Source: a virus (lineage: Duplodnaviria > Caudoviricetes). From it: a DNA stretch of 64,000 bases. Position numbers and translations under genes: made by a program. This document shows, piece by piece, positions 18,740 through 29,343 of this stretch. Under the pieces are notes generated by a model. It saw only the letters and a program-made list of their open reading frames with translations. It was not told the origin of the DNA and did no database searches. The stretch spans positions 1-64,000 of IMG/VR virus record IMGVR_UViG_3300048995_000010. One strand, given 5' to 3'. Every line of letters begins with the position of its first letter. Position 1 is the stretch's first letter.

Positions 18740-21700
18740 CTAACAGGTATAGAATGGGTTGTGCCCATCAGCAAGAACCGTAACACCTCTTTCTAACAAC
18801 TCCCTCAATACCTGCTCAGGGGTTTTTTGGTTCCTGTGGGCTTCAGGGGTCAAATTACGAAGATCTTGTAACAACTCCAGAGAAACCTTCTCACCCTCAG
18901 TTGGAATTGCCAGGGGTTCTACTGATCCAGGAGATGGAGATAGAATTCCATTACCAAAAAGATCAGCCAATTCATCCGGTTCTTCCAGCTCCTGTTCTTC
19001 AGAAATGTGTGGAGTAACGCTTTCTGGTAATGAAGTATTCACGGCTGGTGGTGCTGACTTCAGAGCATTCTCATAATCCAATTGAACTACTGGATTGGCC
19101 ATGTACACATACTGGTTGCCAACCTTATTGAGCCCGTAAGCAAAGGTGATAGAGTTTGCTTTCACAAATTCATTATAACTGTTGTAGGTATTTACCTGGA
19201 CTGTCCCATCTTTTTTGATGATTGGCGCCTTAAACTCCCCCTGACTATTAATACCTCTCAAACTCTTGCCGGCAAAAACAACATTCTTGAATCTATTGGA
19301 TAAACCCAGACGGAGAGCATCCTCAAAATCCGGATGAAGTTCTCCGTTTATCAACTGAGCATATATTGGCTTCTCCCCTGAGAAACTAGTACCCACCTTA
19401 ATAAAAGACGTCTTCTCTCCAGGTACCAAATCAGGTATATCCAGCATGAACTCTGAAGTAGCTTTACCAGAGACTTCAGAAGGCATAATTACAGTATTCT
19501 TCTCTCCAAATTTCTGTGTATATGTAAAGTATTGTTGAGTGAAATTCCTGAGACCCTCTGGAGTTCTTATATCAAAACCTGTAGATTCCTGAATCTTGGT
19601 AATAGCCTTTGCATCTGTAGCTTTAGGCTGACCAGTACTACTTCTGAGGTATAAGACTATTGCCCCAACTACTGTGTTCAACTGACTCGGGTTATCTCCC
19701 AGTCGATGTGTATATAAAGGAGTGGGAACATGGGTACCATCCGGAGAGGGAAGCATAGCCACTGGGAGAGAAGTAGCGTTGCGCATATAGGGGGGAAGAT
19801 TAGCTGTTATCTGTTTTTGAGAAGCTATACCACTACCTACATATGCAGTACCCTGTTTGAGAATAGCTATCTCCAGGGAAGGATCTGGTAACATGTTTTT
19901 TGCAGAGCGCTGTACCAGTTTGGTTCTACCAGTGTTAGGGTTTACTTCCCTGTTGAGCATAACATGACCAGTACCTCTCTTTGAAACCTTTGAAGAGAGT
20001 TTCAAGGTCTTATCTGTATTCCAGGCTCTTACAATAGCTTCTCTTAGCTTCATCACCTTTCCATATTGCCGTGCAACATTATCTGTTACTTCATACTCAC
20101 CATCCTGGTATTGGTCTGTTACATTACGGTAGTTATCAGTGTCTGGATACTTCGCTAAAACCCAATCAGCTCTGGGTAGATAGCCAATGGTTTCTCCAGT
20201 CTTATTGTGAATGATTTTGATTGGAACATTAGCATGAGCCCCCTTTGGATGTTGTGCATTACTAGACATTCCAATTTTGTCTGGGGATTCTAGATAGTTC
20301 TGAAACATATCAGACCTTCTGAGTTGATCTCCATACTCGTCCTGTACCATTTCACTGTCATAGTTAATCTGACCAGACCAATCTTCATCCACTTGGAATG
20401 TAACATTATCGTTAGAAACAACTTTACCAGGTATGAGTAAGTCAGTATTGAGACCAGGATCCAGCTGTGTGTAGTCTGCTATGATCTTAACCTGAGATCC
20501 ATTATCAAATTCTTTATATGGGTGAGTATTGAAGTTTGCTTTCACTGCTTCAATATTCTGGGCACCGACAAATACTTTATTCTGCTGGGACACCTGTTCC
20601 AGATCCATAGAAGCATTGGTGAAAACAGTTGGTTCACTATCCGGTGCTGGTGGAATGTAAGTAGTAGGACCCTCTGGAACTGGAGTCTTTTCAACTTCTG
20701 GAGAACTCTGTACTTCAGCCCCTAATAGGAAATCCTTCAGGGATAAATTGAGAGTACCATTCTGTATTCCTTTCGCATACTCATACAGCTTGTTATTTAG
20801 ATTTGTACCACTTTTATCATTTTCATCGAGTAAAGTATATCCATTTTCTGTTTCTGTAGCACTTCCGGATCTACTGGCGTTCATAGCAATACTTCTCTTC
20901 AGGCTATTAGTGTCATAGTCTGGTTCCAACTTCACAGAACGTAGAGCCTTTTCTATCTGTGATAGATGTTTATCTTCTACTGGTATATTCCCAATAATGT
21001 CCTTACCAGTTTGATCAGCACCTTGATACTGTTGTATAGTTAACTTCAATGGACCTTGAGGTACAACTTGTTCTACTTCCTTGTTCTCTTGTTGCTCGAT
21101 CACTGGATCTTCTTTCTCTTCCAGGTAAGACTTCATTCTAGTCATAATGACACCTAGTATGTGCTTACTCAAGTTTCCTTCTTTAACCTGCTGATTCAAT
21201 ACCTGCAAGGCTCGGTCATAGGAGAATCCAGTTTTTCTAAACTCTTCTTCCAAGTTATCCAGGATATTAAGGACTCCAGGTTTGAGCATCCTCTTGAGAT
21301 CCTCATAATCTTGTGTAGTAGTTGATGTCTGACTTAAATACTGATTCCTCAGGTTTGTCACATAGGGTTCAATGAACTTATCAAAAACATCTTGAGAGGG
21401 CATCTCCTGGTTAGTCTTCTGAAGCATAGTCCGAATACCTACAAGTATAGTACTGACACTTTGTTCTTTTTTAAGTTGAATGAACTGTCGAATAGTATTG
21501 CCGGCTTCATTACTCCCCATGATCTTATCAAAAACAGAATCACCTTCTTTTACTGTGGTAAAGACTGGAGTTACCTCTTCAGAGAAGTCAAAATCAGGTA
21601 GCTCTTCACTGAACTCCACAGATGCATTTTCAGCAGGTGTAGATCCTGGACTGGGTGTAGTTACAGGCTGACTTACAGGTGGGGGTGTACGACTAACACT

Positions 21701-24520
21701 TTCTTTTTGAGTGGTAGCCTTACTGGCCTGTTCTGTCATCGCTACTCTTCTTGTCTGCAAATCCATAAGACGCATCTGTTGTTGTAGTATGATTTCCTGA
21801 AGTCCTGAGATCTCTTTATTAATATTCTGTCTCTTCAGATAGTTCTTGAATCCTGGACTATTCTTCAGCTGATTTTTGTATCCAGTAATTTCCTGATTGG
21901 ACGTTTTTATAATCTCCTGTGCCTGTAGAATCTCATCATCGAGTTTTGAGACCATTGCTGTCTTCTGTTTGGCATCCATGTTAGCTGCTATCTCCCGGTC
22001 TAGTTGTTGATTGTAGGCTTCAATATGATCTTTCTTCTGTTTCTCCTTAGTATCTGCTGGTTTATTTTCCTTGAGGTATCTTCTAACTCCGGCTTCTGTA
22101 CTATCCTTTCCTAACTGTTCCTTAGCAGTTTCGTATTCGGTTATGGCTTGTTGATGGTATGCTTTATTCTGATTGTAGATATCTTCCAGTACAGGTTTCT
22201 CAGCAGCTCTTTGGATAATATCTGCCGGGTCACTATTTGGATTGGTCTGCTTCCACAGTTCAATAGTCTCACTAAAAGCTGTACTGGATTGTATGGCTCT
22301 ATTCTCCAGTTCCTGCTTACGTTTGGACAGAATATCCACTAGTTTTTTACCTGCATCTGATGTGGCTGGGATTTTATACTTGTCGAGGATCTTATTTAAT
22401 ACCGCTGTGTTCTTGTTTTTCACAGCTTCATTGACTCTGGTTATATCCTGATTTAGTTTCTTGACTGTACCATCCAGAACTTCTCTATCCCCCAGGTGCT
22501 CCTTGGCTTGTTTTATCAATAAATCGTCAGATGAAGAAAGAGTCATATCATCTACTCTACTTCTTAAATGGATTAAGTCATGCTCCATCTGATCAAGTTG
22601 TTGTTTCTGCAGGTATAGATTGGCCTGCCGGTAGAACATGTGATCTGCCAGGTCTGAGGAATCCATTTCAGGAGTACCACTATACTTGTCATGCATATCC
22701 TCATAGAGTTTGGTCAGGTAATCCAGATCCTGACTTGCCTTGAGGGCTTTCTCCCGATAGGAATTATCAGCTTTATTCTGGGCAAAACCTTTCTGAATAG
22801 CTTCAGTAGTATCCTGTAGGTCCGCTTGTTGTTTTTGCAACTCATATCTCTGAGCTGATTTTTGATTCATAGCCTCTGTATCACCACTCCCACGATCTTC
22901 CTCTATTTGTTTGTCAAGCTCTGCTATCTGTTGATCCAGATTATCTCCCAGAGAAGTTGTATTATCCAGACTGGCTATATCCTGGTATTGTTGCTTCCAT
23001 ACATCTCCCAGACCCATCGAGATAGCTCTTAGATTATGAACAGAAAGCAAGTCAGCTTTAATACGAGCTACAGTTGCCAGGTCTTTTTTCTGCATGGCTT
23101 CATCCAGTTCTTTATTCTTTGAGGAGAACCATTCCATATCCTTGGTAAGAGACTCCCGGATATTATCGAAGTACTGTCGGTTCATTCTCTCATTTAAGGT
23201 ATGAGCACTCACTCTCTCTGTCTGGTAGGAATTCTCCTGACCTTCTACCTGCAGAGGTTTTCCATCTGATCCATACTTTACTACTTTATGAACAGGTATA
23301 TGTTCCAAAAGTACTGTCTGGGCAACACCCCCAAGTGCCCCTAAGGCCATATTAAGGGCGCCTTCCTGGTTTAGCACTTCAGAGAAATACCGGTCTATAT
23401 CCGCAAATCTACCAGCTACATCCTTCTTCTCCTTTCCTTCTCCTATACTCTTGCCCACATGCTCTGCATACTGAGTATTTACTTCCTCTATACCTTCCTG
23501 TAGAGCTTCTAATCCCAGCTTAGTCGGACCACTGGCACTCATGCCCAGTAATTTCTTTAATGGCATACCTTCTGGAACGGCTTGAGCAATACGCTGTGTC
23601 CACTGCTCGGTAGTCTCTCCCGGCAGTGTCTTCCCATTCTTTTTCCACCAACTGATTATAGCCTGATCAGGTTCTCTGAAGAGTGGAGTTAGCGCAGTCA
23701 GATTTAAGGCCAGGTTCATTGCTGTATGGAGTTGAACGGTAGCCGCTGCAGCCTGAGAGGCTATATGTTTTGCCTGCATATCAGCATCATTGGGATTCAT
23801 CCCCTGCTGATAGAGTTTCATGTAGTTGTTATTATAAGCTGTCTCATATACCTGTGCTCCAGACATAGCACCTTCCATATAGGTCAGAGTAGCTGCAGAA
23901 AGTCCCTGTGCAGCTTTTGCTCCCAGTTTGGCTGCACGAGTTGACCAGGCAGCAGTCTTGGCAAGCGTTCCAAAAATCTTGGAAATACCAGCTCCCTCGA
24001 TGGCAAAGGAACCTGCAGACTCAGCCAGACTCCCCAGGTTGTTTAACCACCAGGCACTATCTCCCATATCGATTGTACGATCAGGATGCTCCAGATAAAC
24101 TTCTCCTGTAGGGTTTTTTAGTTTCTCCAACTCTGTAGTGAGTGCATTACTGTAATCTCTATCATCTCCTACTTCAAGCATAGTCCCCAGATATCCTACT
24201 CCCTGAATAACATCCAGTGGGATATTGGCTGCAGTATTGGCCAGAGTCTTACCCAGAGACTCCCAGAATCCTTGGTCCTGTGCCCTTAGCAGATAGTTAT
24301 CCGCATTTGTTTTTGGCTGAAACCGGAAATCATTGAAGTTGGTATTCGGGTCTATTGTACCTGCAATCAGGTTTCTGCCACCTGTAGCCGCGTTGGGATA
24401 ATCTCCACCTTGAGCAGCTTGTTTTACTATAGAAGGATCAAACCCCGGTGAGGGCTTTTGTCCTTTACCAGGGTCTGTTACGCCAGCGGCGCCTAGTACA
24501 TCTTCTGGATCAAATGCCAT
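18740..24520 (-). CDS. large ejected virion (cargo) protein
   Basis: 1926 aa; Gly/Ala-rich hydrophobic N-terminal helices and coiled coils; adjacent to the RNAP as in crAss-like phages. Confidence 0.7.
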   Translation of the reverse strand: MAFDPEDVLGAAGVTDPGKGQKPSPGFDPSIVKQAAQGGDYPNAATGGRNLIAGTIDPNTNFNDFRFQPKTNADNYLLRAQDQGFWESLGKTLANTAANIPLDVIQGVGYLGTMLEVGDDRDYSNALTTELEKLKNPTGEVYLEHPDRTIDMGDSAWWLNNLGSLAESAGSFAIEGAGISKIFGTLAKTAAWSTRAAKLGAKAAQGLSAATLTYMEGAMSGAQVYETAYNNNYMKLYQQGMNPNDADMQAKHIASQAAAATVQLHTAMNLALNLTALTPLFREPDQAIISWWKKNGKTLPGETTEQWTQRIAQAVPEGMPLKKLLGMSASGPTKLGLEALQEGIEEVNTQYAEHVGKSIGEGKEKKDVAGRFADIDRYFSEVLNQEGALNMALGALGGVAQTVLLEHIPVHKVVKYGSDGKPLQVEGQENSYQTERVSAHTLNERMNRQYFDNIRESLTKDMEWFSSKNKELDEAMQKKDLATVARIKADLLSVHNLRAISMGLGDVWKQQYQDIASLDNTTSLGDNLDQQIAELDKQIEEDRGSGDTEAMNQKSAQRYELQKQQADLQDTTEAIQKGFAQNKADNSYREKALKASQDLDYLTKLYEDMHDKYSGTPEMDSSDLADHMFYRQANLYLQKQQLDQMEHDLIHLRSRVDDMTLSSSDDLLIKQAKEHLGDREVLDGTVKKLNQDITRVNEAVKNKNTAVLNKILDKYKIPATSDAGKKLVDILSKRKQELENRAIQSSTAFSETIELWKQTNPNSDPADIIQRAAEKPVLEDIYNQNKAYHQQAITEYETAKEQLGKDSTEAGVRRYLKENKPADTKEKQKKDHIEAYNQQLDREIAANMDAKQKTAMVSKLDDEILQAQEIIKTSNQEITGYKNQLKNSPGFKNYLKRQNINKEISGLQEIILQQQMRLMDLQTRRVAMTEQASKATTQKESVSRTPPPVSQPVTTPSPGSTPAENASVEFSEELPDFDFSEEVTPVFTTVKEGDSVFDKIMGSNEAGNTIRQFIQLKKEQSVSTILVGIRTMLQKTNQEMPSQDVFDKFIEPYVTNLRNQYLSQTSTTTQDYEDLKRMLKPGVLNILDNLEEEFRKTGFSYDRALQVLNQQVKEGNLSKHILGVIMTRMKSYLEEKEDPVIEQQENKEVEQVVPQGPLKLTIQQYQGADQTGKDIIGNIPVEDKHLSQIEKALRSVKLEPDYDTNSLKRSIAMNASRSGSATETENGYTLLDENDKSGTNLNNKLYEYAKGIQNGTLNLSLKDFLLGAEVQSSPEVEKTPVPEGPTTYIPPAPDSEPTVFTNASMDLEQVSQQNKVFVGAQNIEAVKANFNTHPYKEFDNGSQVKIIADYTQLDPGLNTDLLIPGKVVSNDNVTFQVDEDWSGQINYDSEMVQDEYGDQLRRSDMFQNYLESPDKIGMSSNAQHPKGAHANVPIKIIHNKTGETIGYLPRADWVLAKYPDTDNYRNVTDQYQDGEYEVTDNVARQYGKVMKLREAIVRAWNTDKTLKLSSKVSKRGTGHVMLNREVNPNTGRTKLVQRSAKNMLPDPSLEIAILKQGTAYVGSGIASQKQITANLPPYMRNATSLPVAMLPSPDGTHVPTPLYTHRLGDNPSQLNTVVGAIVLYLRSSTGQPKATDAKAITKIQESTGFDIRTPEGLRNFTQQYFTYTQKFGEKNTVIMPSEVSGKATSEFMLDIPDLVPGEKTSFIKVGTSFSGEKPIYAQLINGELHPDFEDALRLGLSNRFKNVVFAGKSLRGINSQGEFKAPIIKKDGTVQVNTYNSYNEFVKANSITFAYGLNKVGNQYVYMANPVVQLDYENALKSAPPAVNTSLPESVTPHISEEQELEEPDELADLFGNGILSPSPGSVEPLAIPTEGEKVSLELLQDLRNLTPEAHRNQKTPEQVLRELLERGVTVLADGHNPFYTC

Positions 24521-24525
24521 GTCTG

Positions 24526-26664
24526 TTATTTTTTAGTCGTCTTCTGCATACTTGCCTGCATAGCACGAGTGATTATGTTGATTGCATCTCCTACAGAAGA
24601 TGCTTTCACTTCTGTATACTTTCCATTAGGAGCAGGAAACCTCAAGTTAATACCTGCACTGGTTTCCTGGTTACCAATTTCGGCTTTATCGATACGATCG
24701 ACAAATATCTTATGTCCCCCACCAATATCCATATATCCCTGACCGGAAGGAGTATTGATTGTCTGGTTGATGGATTGGCCAAGTCCCAGCTGGGCCAGAT
24801 CAGTTTGTTTATGCTTCAGAAGCATCTCTGTTGTACCAGGTAAGGCCGGCATCTTCACCAGGGCCTGTTCACCTACCAGTTTGCCCTTGGCATTCTGTTT
24901 TACAGCTCCTACCTTATAGTAGAACTTCAACTGGCCATCAGTATCCATTCCATATCCTGCAAAAACAGCATCAGCGGCAACCTTCTTATAGTCAGTATCA
25001 CTCAAATCATCACCAGCAGCATCACCAGATGCCCATTTCAGCCCGGTTGGGCCAGCATCGAGTCCCTGGGCATCGAGGTTCAATACTAAGTTTTTGAACA
25101 AATTGGTAGCCTGCTCATTCCCAGACTTGGTATTGAAGTTCTGAACATTTATTAATTGAGCTCCCTTGGCCGTCATGTCTTTTAACACCTTATCGTATTG
25201 GGCATAACCAGTAGAATGTGTTCTGAGGTACTGAGTTTTTGCAGCTTCTCTAATACTCTTAGCTTCATCTGGCTCCAAAACTTCTCCTGCATAAGCTCCC
25301 AATGCTCGCTCACTTGCCTTTTCAGCTTCCTGAATAAGAGTTGGAGTAATATTCTTTCCTGGATCATATCCAGTCCTGCGACGAGCTTCATCTTCCAGAG
25401 CCCGTAGGTTCTGCAAACCATGTTGAGCTTGCTCATATACTTGTTTTTGCTCCAGATACTTCATGGTCTTATCATTCCCGTTAACATCTAACCACTGTCC
25501 CTTTCCATTAGTGTGAAGTTGATTGTCATGGATCCAGTCAAAGAAGTGTTTCCTGGTTGCTTGAACAGAAGTAGTAGACTGACTAATCTTACTTCTCAAA
25601 TCTTCGGCTCCTTGAACTTCTGCTCTGACTTCTGGTTGAAGAATAGGCATGGAGAGTACTAACTGTTCATCTTCTAATTTCTTCTTGTGGCGCTCTAAGT
25701 TGTACGGATCAGCACCAGTAGGACCATAAGCAGTCTCTGCATCATCACGAATATACTTGTTGGCATACTGCTGCATGTTATGGTAGACATCTTGTTCCCT
25801 GGATGATCCTGCTATTTGTCGGATAGCATTTGCTGGACTATTACTTTGAGCCATCGAGGCCATGATTGCTTGCTTTACAGGACCATCTTCCATTCCTTCT
25901 ATAGACTTTGCTGTCACATTGGAATAATCCACTCCTGCCAGTTGCTTTTCCTGATCCATCCAGGCATTGAACTCTGGATCCAGACGCCGGCCAGCTGTAA
26001 TCACAGTCTGAATTTCTTTTGGTGTTAGAGTAGTCCACTTACCCTCTTTCTCTTGCATCCATACACCATCTGAGAATCTTGTCTTTCTACCAAGTACAGT
26101 AGGTGCTACATCCTTCATCCACTTATCCACTTTCTCAGTAGGATCAATATCTTTTACAGGTGTCATACCCTGGAAGTGATTAGAGTACTGACCAGTTACT
26201 GGATCATATCCTAATCCCTGATAGGACTGAGTTGCCAGACTCAGGAGTCTACGAGCTTTATCTGGAGATTTGATATCCCCCTTGACTACCGCTTGCTGTA
26301 GAGATCCCTTATAGTCTTCTAATCTCTTCGCATTTTCAGCCAGAGGTTGATACCGATCTATGAATGATTTGGAATCGAGCATGGTATCTCTCATCATATT
26401 TTCATAGTCACCTCGTTTACTCCTTTCCCCTATACGTTTACGGTATTCATTCTTGAGATCAAAGAGGAGTTTCTGATCCTGATCAAAAGGTGCTGCTTGT
26501 GCTGCTCCCATTGCCCTGCCTAGAAGATCTTCCTGATTCAAAGCAGTATCATATCTCTCCTGTAGAGTATTAGCTACTGAAGTGAGTTCGGGCAGAGCAG
26601 AACCCGCGAAGGGTTTTATCTGTTTGCTATTGGCAAGGCTGTATGCTCCGTATTGTATTGGCAT
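24526..26664 (-). CDS. ejected virion (cargo) protein
   Basis: 712 aa, helical, in the cargo-gene block. Confidence 0.6.
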   Translation of the reverse strand: MPIQYGAYSLANSKQIKPFAGSALPELTSVANTLQERYDTALNQEDLLGRAMGAAQAAPFDQDQKLLFDLKNEYRKRIGERSKRGDYENMMRDTMLDSKSFIDRYQPLAENAKRLEDYKGSLQQAVVKGDIKSPDKARRLLSLATQSYQGLGYDPVTGQYSNHFQGMTPVKDIDPTEKVDKWMKDVAPTVLGRKTRFSDGVWMQEKEGKWTTLTPKEIQTVITAGRRLDPEFNAWMDQEKQLAGVDYSNVTAKSIEGMEDGPVKQAIMASMAQSNSPANAIRQIAGSSREQDVYHNMQQYANKYIRDDAETAYGPTGADPYNLERHKKKLEDEQLVLSMPILQPEVRAEVQGAEDLRSKISQSTTSVQATRKHFFDWIHDNQLHTNGKGQWLDVNGNDKTMKYLEQKQVYEQAQHGLQNLRALEDEARRRTGYDPGKNITPTLIQEAEKASERALGAYAGEVLEPDEAKSIREAAKTQYLRTHSTGYAQYDKVLKDMTAKGAQLINVQNFNTKSGNEQATNLFKNLVLNLDAQGLDAGPTGLKWASGDAAGDDLSDTDYKKVAADAVFAGYGMDTDGQLKFYYKVGAVKQNAKGKLVGEQALVKMPALPGTTEMLLKHKQTDLAQLGLGQSINQTINTPSGQGYMDIGGGHKIFVDRIDKAEIGNQETSAGINLRFPAPNGKYTEVKASSVGDAINIITRAMQASMQKTTKK

Positions 26665-27266
26665 TATGCGAATGGTTTTATAGTCCTGCTATTAAATGTT
26701 CTGGTTCTGGTAGGACCGGTATTCATTATCTTCTCAACCTCAGAAACCAGCTGTGGATTCTTCTTTAGTACATTCTCCCGGATATCAATGATACGTTTTC
26801 CATACAGTGGATTCTTTCTTAAATTCAATCCTGTTTTTGGTATCTTCTGTCCATAGATACTAGTAGCACCTTCCAAATCCGCATGTCCCTGGGTTATAGT
26901 TCCATATCCGTTATACCCCTGGAGTGTATAGTCTTCCCCTTGTGGAATTGTACCCTTTGACTGTAACCGATTTGCATAAGCAAGTTGTTTCTGTATACTT
27001 TCTACTCCACTGGAAGCACTACCAAAGGATTGCCCAAAGTAGTCAGGATTGAGATGATAGGGATTGTTACTATCTAGTCCAGATTCCTGATAGCCTATGG
27101 ACAATGCCGTATAAGGATCGATACCTCGTGTTCTGGCGTTAGTAGCAATCTGCCTGATAGTAGAAGGGTCCACGTTATACGTACTATTGTTGTACGTTAC
27201 AGGGATTCCACTTTGAGGTTTCCTTCCACCCCATGGCATCTTTCTATATCGTTGTGTTAGTGTCAT
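26664..27266 (-). CDS. lysozyme/lytic-transglycosylase-like virion protein
   Basis: GIDPYTALSIGYQESGL (catalytic E-S) and YNGYG motif. Confidence 0.65.
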   Translation of the reverse strand: MTLTQRYRKMPWGGRKPQSGIPVTYNNSTYNVDPSTIRQIATNARTRGIDPYTALSIGYQESGLDSNNPYHLNPDYFGQSFGSASSGVESIQKQLAYANRLQSKGTIPQGEDYTLQGYNGYGTITQGHADLEGATSIYGQKIPKTGLNLRKNPLYGKRIIDIRENVLKKNPQLVSEVEKIMNTGPTRTRTFNSRTIKPFA

Positions 27267-28582
27267 TAGCAGAAGGGTTTAATCATTTTACCCCCATAAC
27301 CACGTTTCACTGCGGGGACATATGTAGAAGGTTGATTTCTTCTAAACTCAGCTGGTCCGTAGCCAAATCTTTTCATATTGTCCTTCATCGATTGTAATTC
27401 AGGATCACTGGAAGGTATATTATAGAATGTCTGAATCCTTTGGTCTGCGTTCATACCCTTTAAGTCTGGACGCTGATTGAATTGGTATAGGTACTGGTAC
27501 ATTTTTGGGTTCAAGGTCTGTCTGTTAGCTACATCAGTTGGTAGCTGATTTGGAAGAAGTCCGGAACCCACAATATTATGAATTATATCAATTCCACTAG
27601 CAGTCCTATTAGTAGGATAATCCATTGCATACGTCTTATCATCGAAGGCATTTGTACCAGCTATTAATGAATGTCTCTTAAATTGAGTTGGAGATTGCAC
27701 TGGATCTACCAATACAGGTTTGCGTTCTCCACCACCCCCACCTTCTCCGGCTGATCCAAAAACTTTTAACATTCCACCTGCGGCATAGGTCTTTCTCTGT
27801 TTGATATAACTTTTGAGAGCTGAAAGTTCTTTTGGTTGCATATCTGTCATATTTGTGTTACCAGTACTTAGGGGTGTAGAAGATTGTGGTGTATAGGCTG
27901 GCAGGTCCATATTTCTAAATTTGTCAAATGGGCTGGCATGAGGTGCTTCGTATCCATATTTGGAAGTGTCCACCCCAGTCTTACCTAAACGCCCCATGAG
28001 TCTATCATACACTCCACCACTATAGGCTTGTGCTCCTATTCTGGCTTTCTCTTTTTCTAGATCTACCTGGTCCTTTACAGTCTGCTGCATCATATACTTA
28101 TCAGCGGCATTGGAAACATTCTCAGATTGTTGACGTTGGCCTGCGATCTGGGCATTGACTACATCATCATGGTAGGCATTGGTAATACCAGTATTCTGAG
28201 CATCGATACTGGCATTAATCTGATTGGTTTGATTCCCTATCATGGCATTCATGTAACCCTCTTTTGAATTTATATCTGATAGGGCTCTGAATTTATTTGC
28301 CATGTTGCCTACTCTAAGAGCAGCACCAGTCTGTGAATCAAAACCTTTAGTAGACAGATCAGCAACTCTGCTGTCATTTTCTACCTGAGACTTTGCCTGG
28401 TCCAGAGAAACCCGGTTGACCGATATTGGATCTACCAGCTTAGGAGCTATTGGTTGAGGAACCTTCTTAAACATGTTAGTCAGGTTCGATATATAGGGTA
28501 CAAAGTCTGAGACAGAAGCTCCACTTTTCTGTTGCTCAGATGGCCATTTGTACTTTTTCTTTCCTGGAAATGGTGTTGCCAT
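27266..28582 (-). CDS. internal virion cargo protein
   Basis: Q/N/A-rich helical region; YAAGG motif. Confidence 0.55.
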   Translation of the reverse strand: MATPFPGKKKYKWPSEQQKSGASVSDFVPYISNLTNMFKKVPQPIAPKLVDPISVNRVSLDQAKSQVENDSRVADLSTKGFDSQTGAALRVGNMANKFRALSDINSKEGYMNAMIGNQTNQINASIDAQNTGITNAYHDDVVNAQIAGQRQQSENVSNAADKYMMQQTVKDQVDLEKEKARIGAQAYSGGVYDRLMGRLGKTGVDTSKYGYEAPHASPFDKFRNMDLPAYTPQSSTPLSTGNTNMTDMQPKELSALKSYIKQRKTYAAGGMLKVFGSAGEGGGGGERKPVLVDPVQSPTQFKRHSLIAGTNAFDDKTYAMDYPTNRTASGIDIIHNIVGSGLLPNQLPTDVANRQTLNPKMYQYLYQFNQRPDLKGMNADQRIQTFYNIPSSDPELQSMKDNMKRFGYGPAEFRRNQPSTYVPAVKRGYGGKMIKPFC

Positions 28583-29343
28583 TATTGTAGATTGTATTGT
28601 TCACGAACTGCTTCCTGTTGTGCTTTCAGCCCCTCTACAGCCTGTCTCATCTTTCGAAGGGAGTTTATTCTGTCAGGAGTTGCTGGTTTGTTTTCTGTCT
28701 TACCGATTGCTCTTGCCAGTTTCTTATGTTGCTGGGCAAATCCTAACCGATCGGAGAACACGTAATCCCCTTGTAATGTTTCTCCGCCTTCTACTTCACT
28801 ACCATATTGAGGTAGATCTACTCCCCCTTGTTCATGTGAAGGTCCTTGAACTTCTGCACTATCTGTAGATAGAGAGTTTAGCTTTCCACCTACTGCCTTG
28901 ACAGAATCATAGAACTTTCCTTTCAAAAATCCACCAGTAGCATAGAATTCTGCTCCTTTACGCCCGGTTACCAAGGCGGGATCAGCACTTAGGATAGCAC
29001 CTGAGCGGTTGAGTTGGTATTGTTGTTCTGCCAGTTTCTGATTAGCCTGCATATTTCTCTCAGTATCCCTTGACTTATTACCATTGATAAATCCCATGGT
29101 ACCCCCTATTACAGCTCCGGCTGCAGTCCCCCATCCTGGTAGAATTTTTGATCCAAGAGCAGCACCGGAAGCTGCTCCCTTTAAGGTCTGAGTAGCAGTA
29201 GTTTGTCTACCATACTGATCAGGAGAATCCAGTGCATCAACACTGGTACCAAGCGTTGATAAAATATCAGGCTTCTGAATACTGCTCAACAGAGTTCCGC
29301 CTATGTCATACTTTCTATAGTATTTTCTCTTGAGTGTGCTCAT
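28582..29343 (-). CDS. internal virion cargo protein (glycine-zipper TM)
   Basis: GAASGAALG...GAVIGG glycine zipper; GPSHEQGGV...EVEGGE...VFSDRL motif of crAss-like cargo proteins. Confidence 0.7.
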   Translation of the reverse strand: MSTLKRKYYRKYDIGGTLLSSIQKPDILSTLGTSVDALDSPDQYGRQTTATQTLKGAASGAALGSKILPGWGTAAGAVIGGTMGFINGNKSRDTERNMQANQKLAEQQYQLNRSGAILSADPALVTGRKGAEFYATGGFLKGKFYDSVKAVGGKLNSLSTDSAEVQGPSHEQGGVDLPQYGSEVEGGETLQGDYVFSDRLGFAQQHKKLARAIGKTENKPATPDRINSLRKMRQAVEGLKAQQEAVREQYNLQ

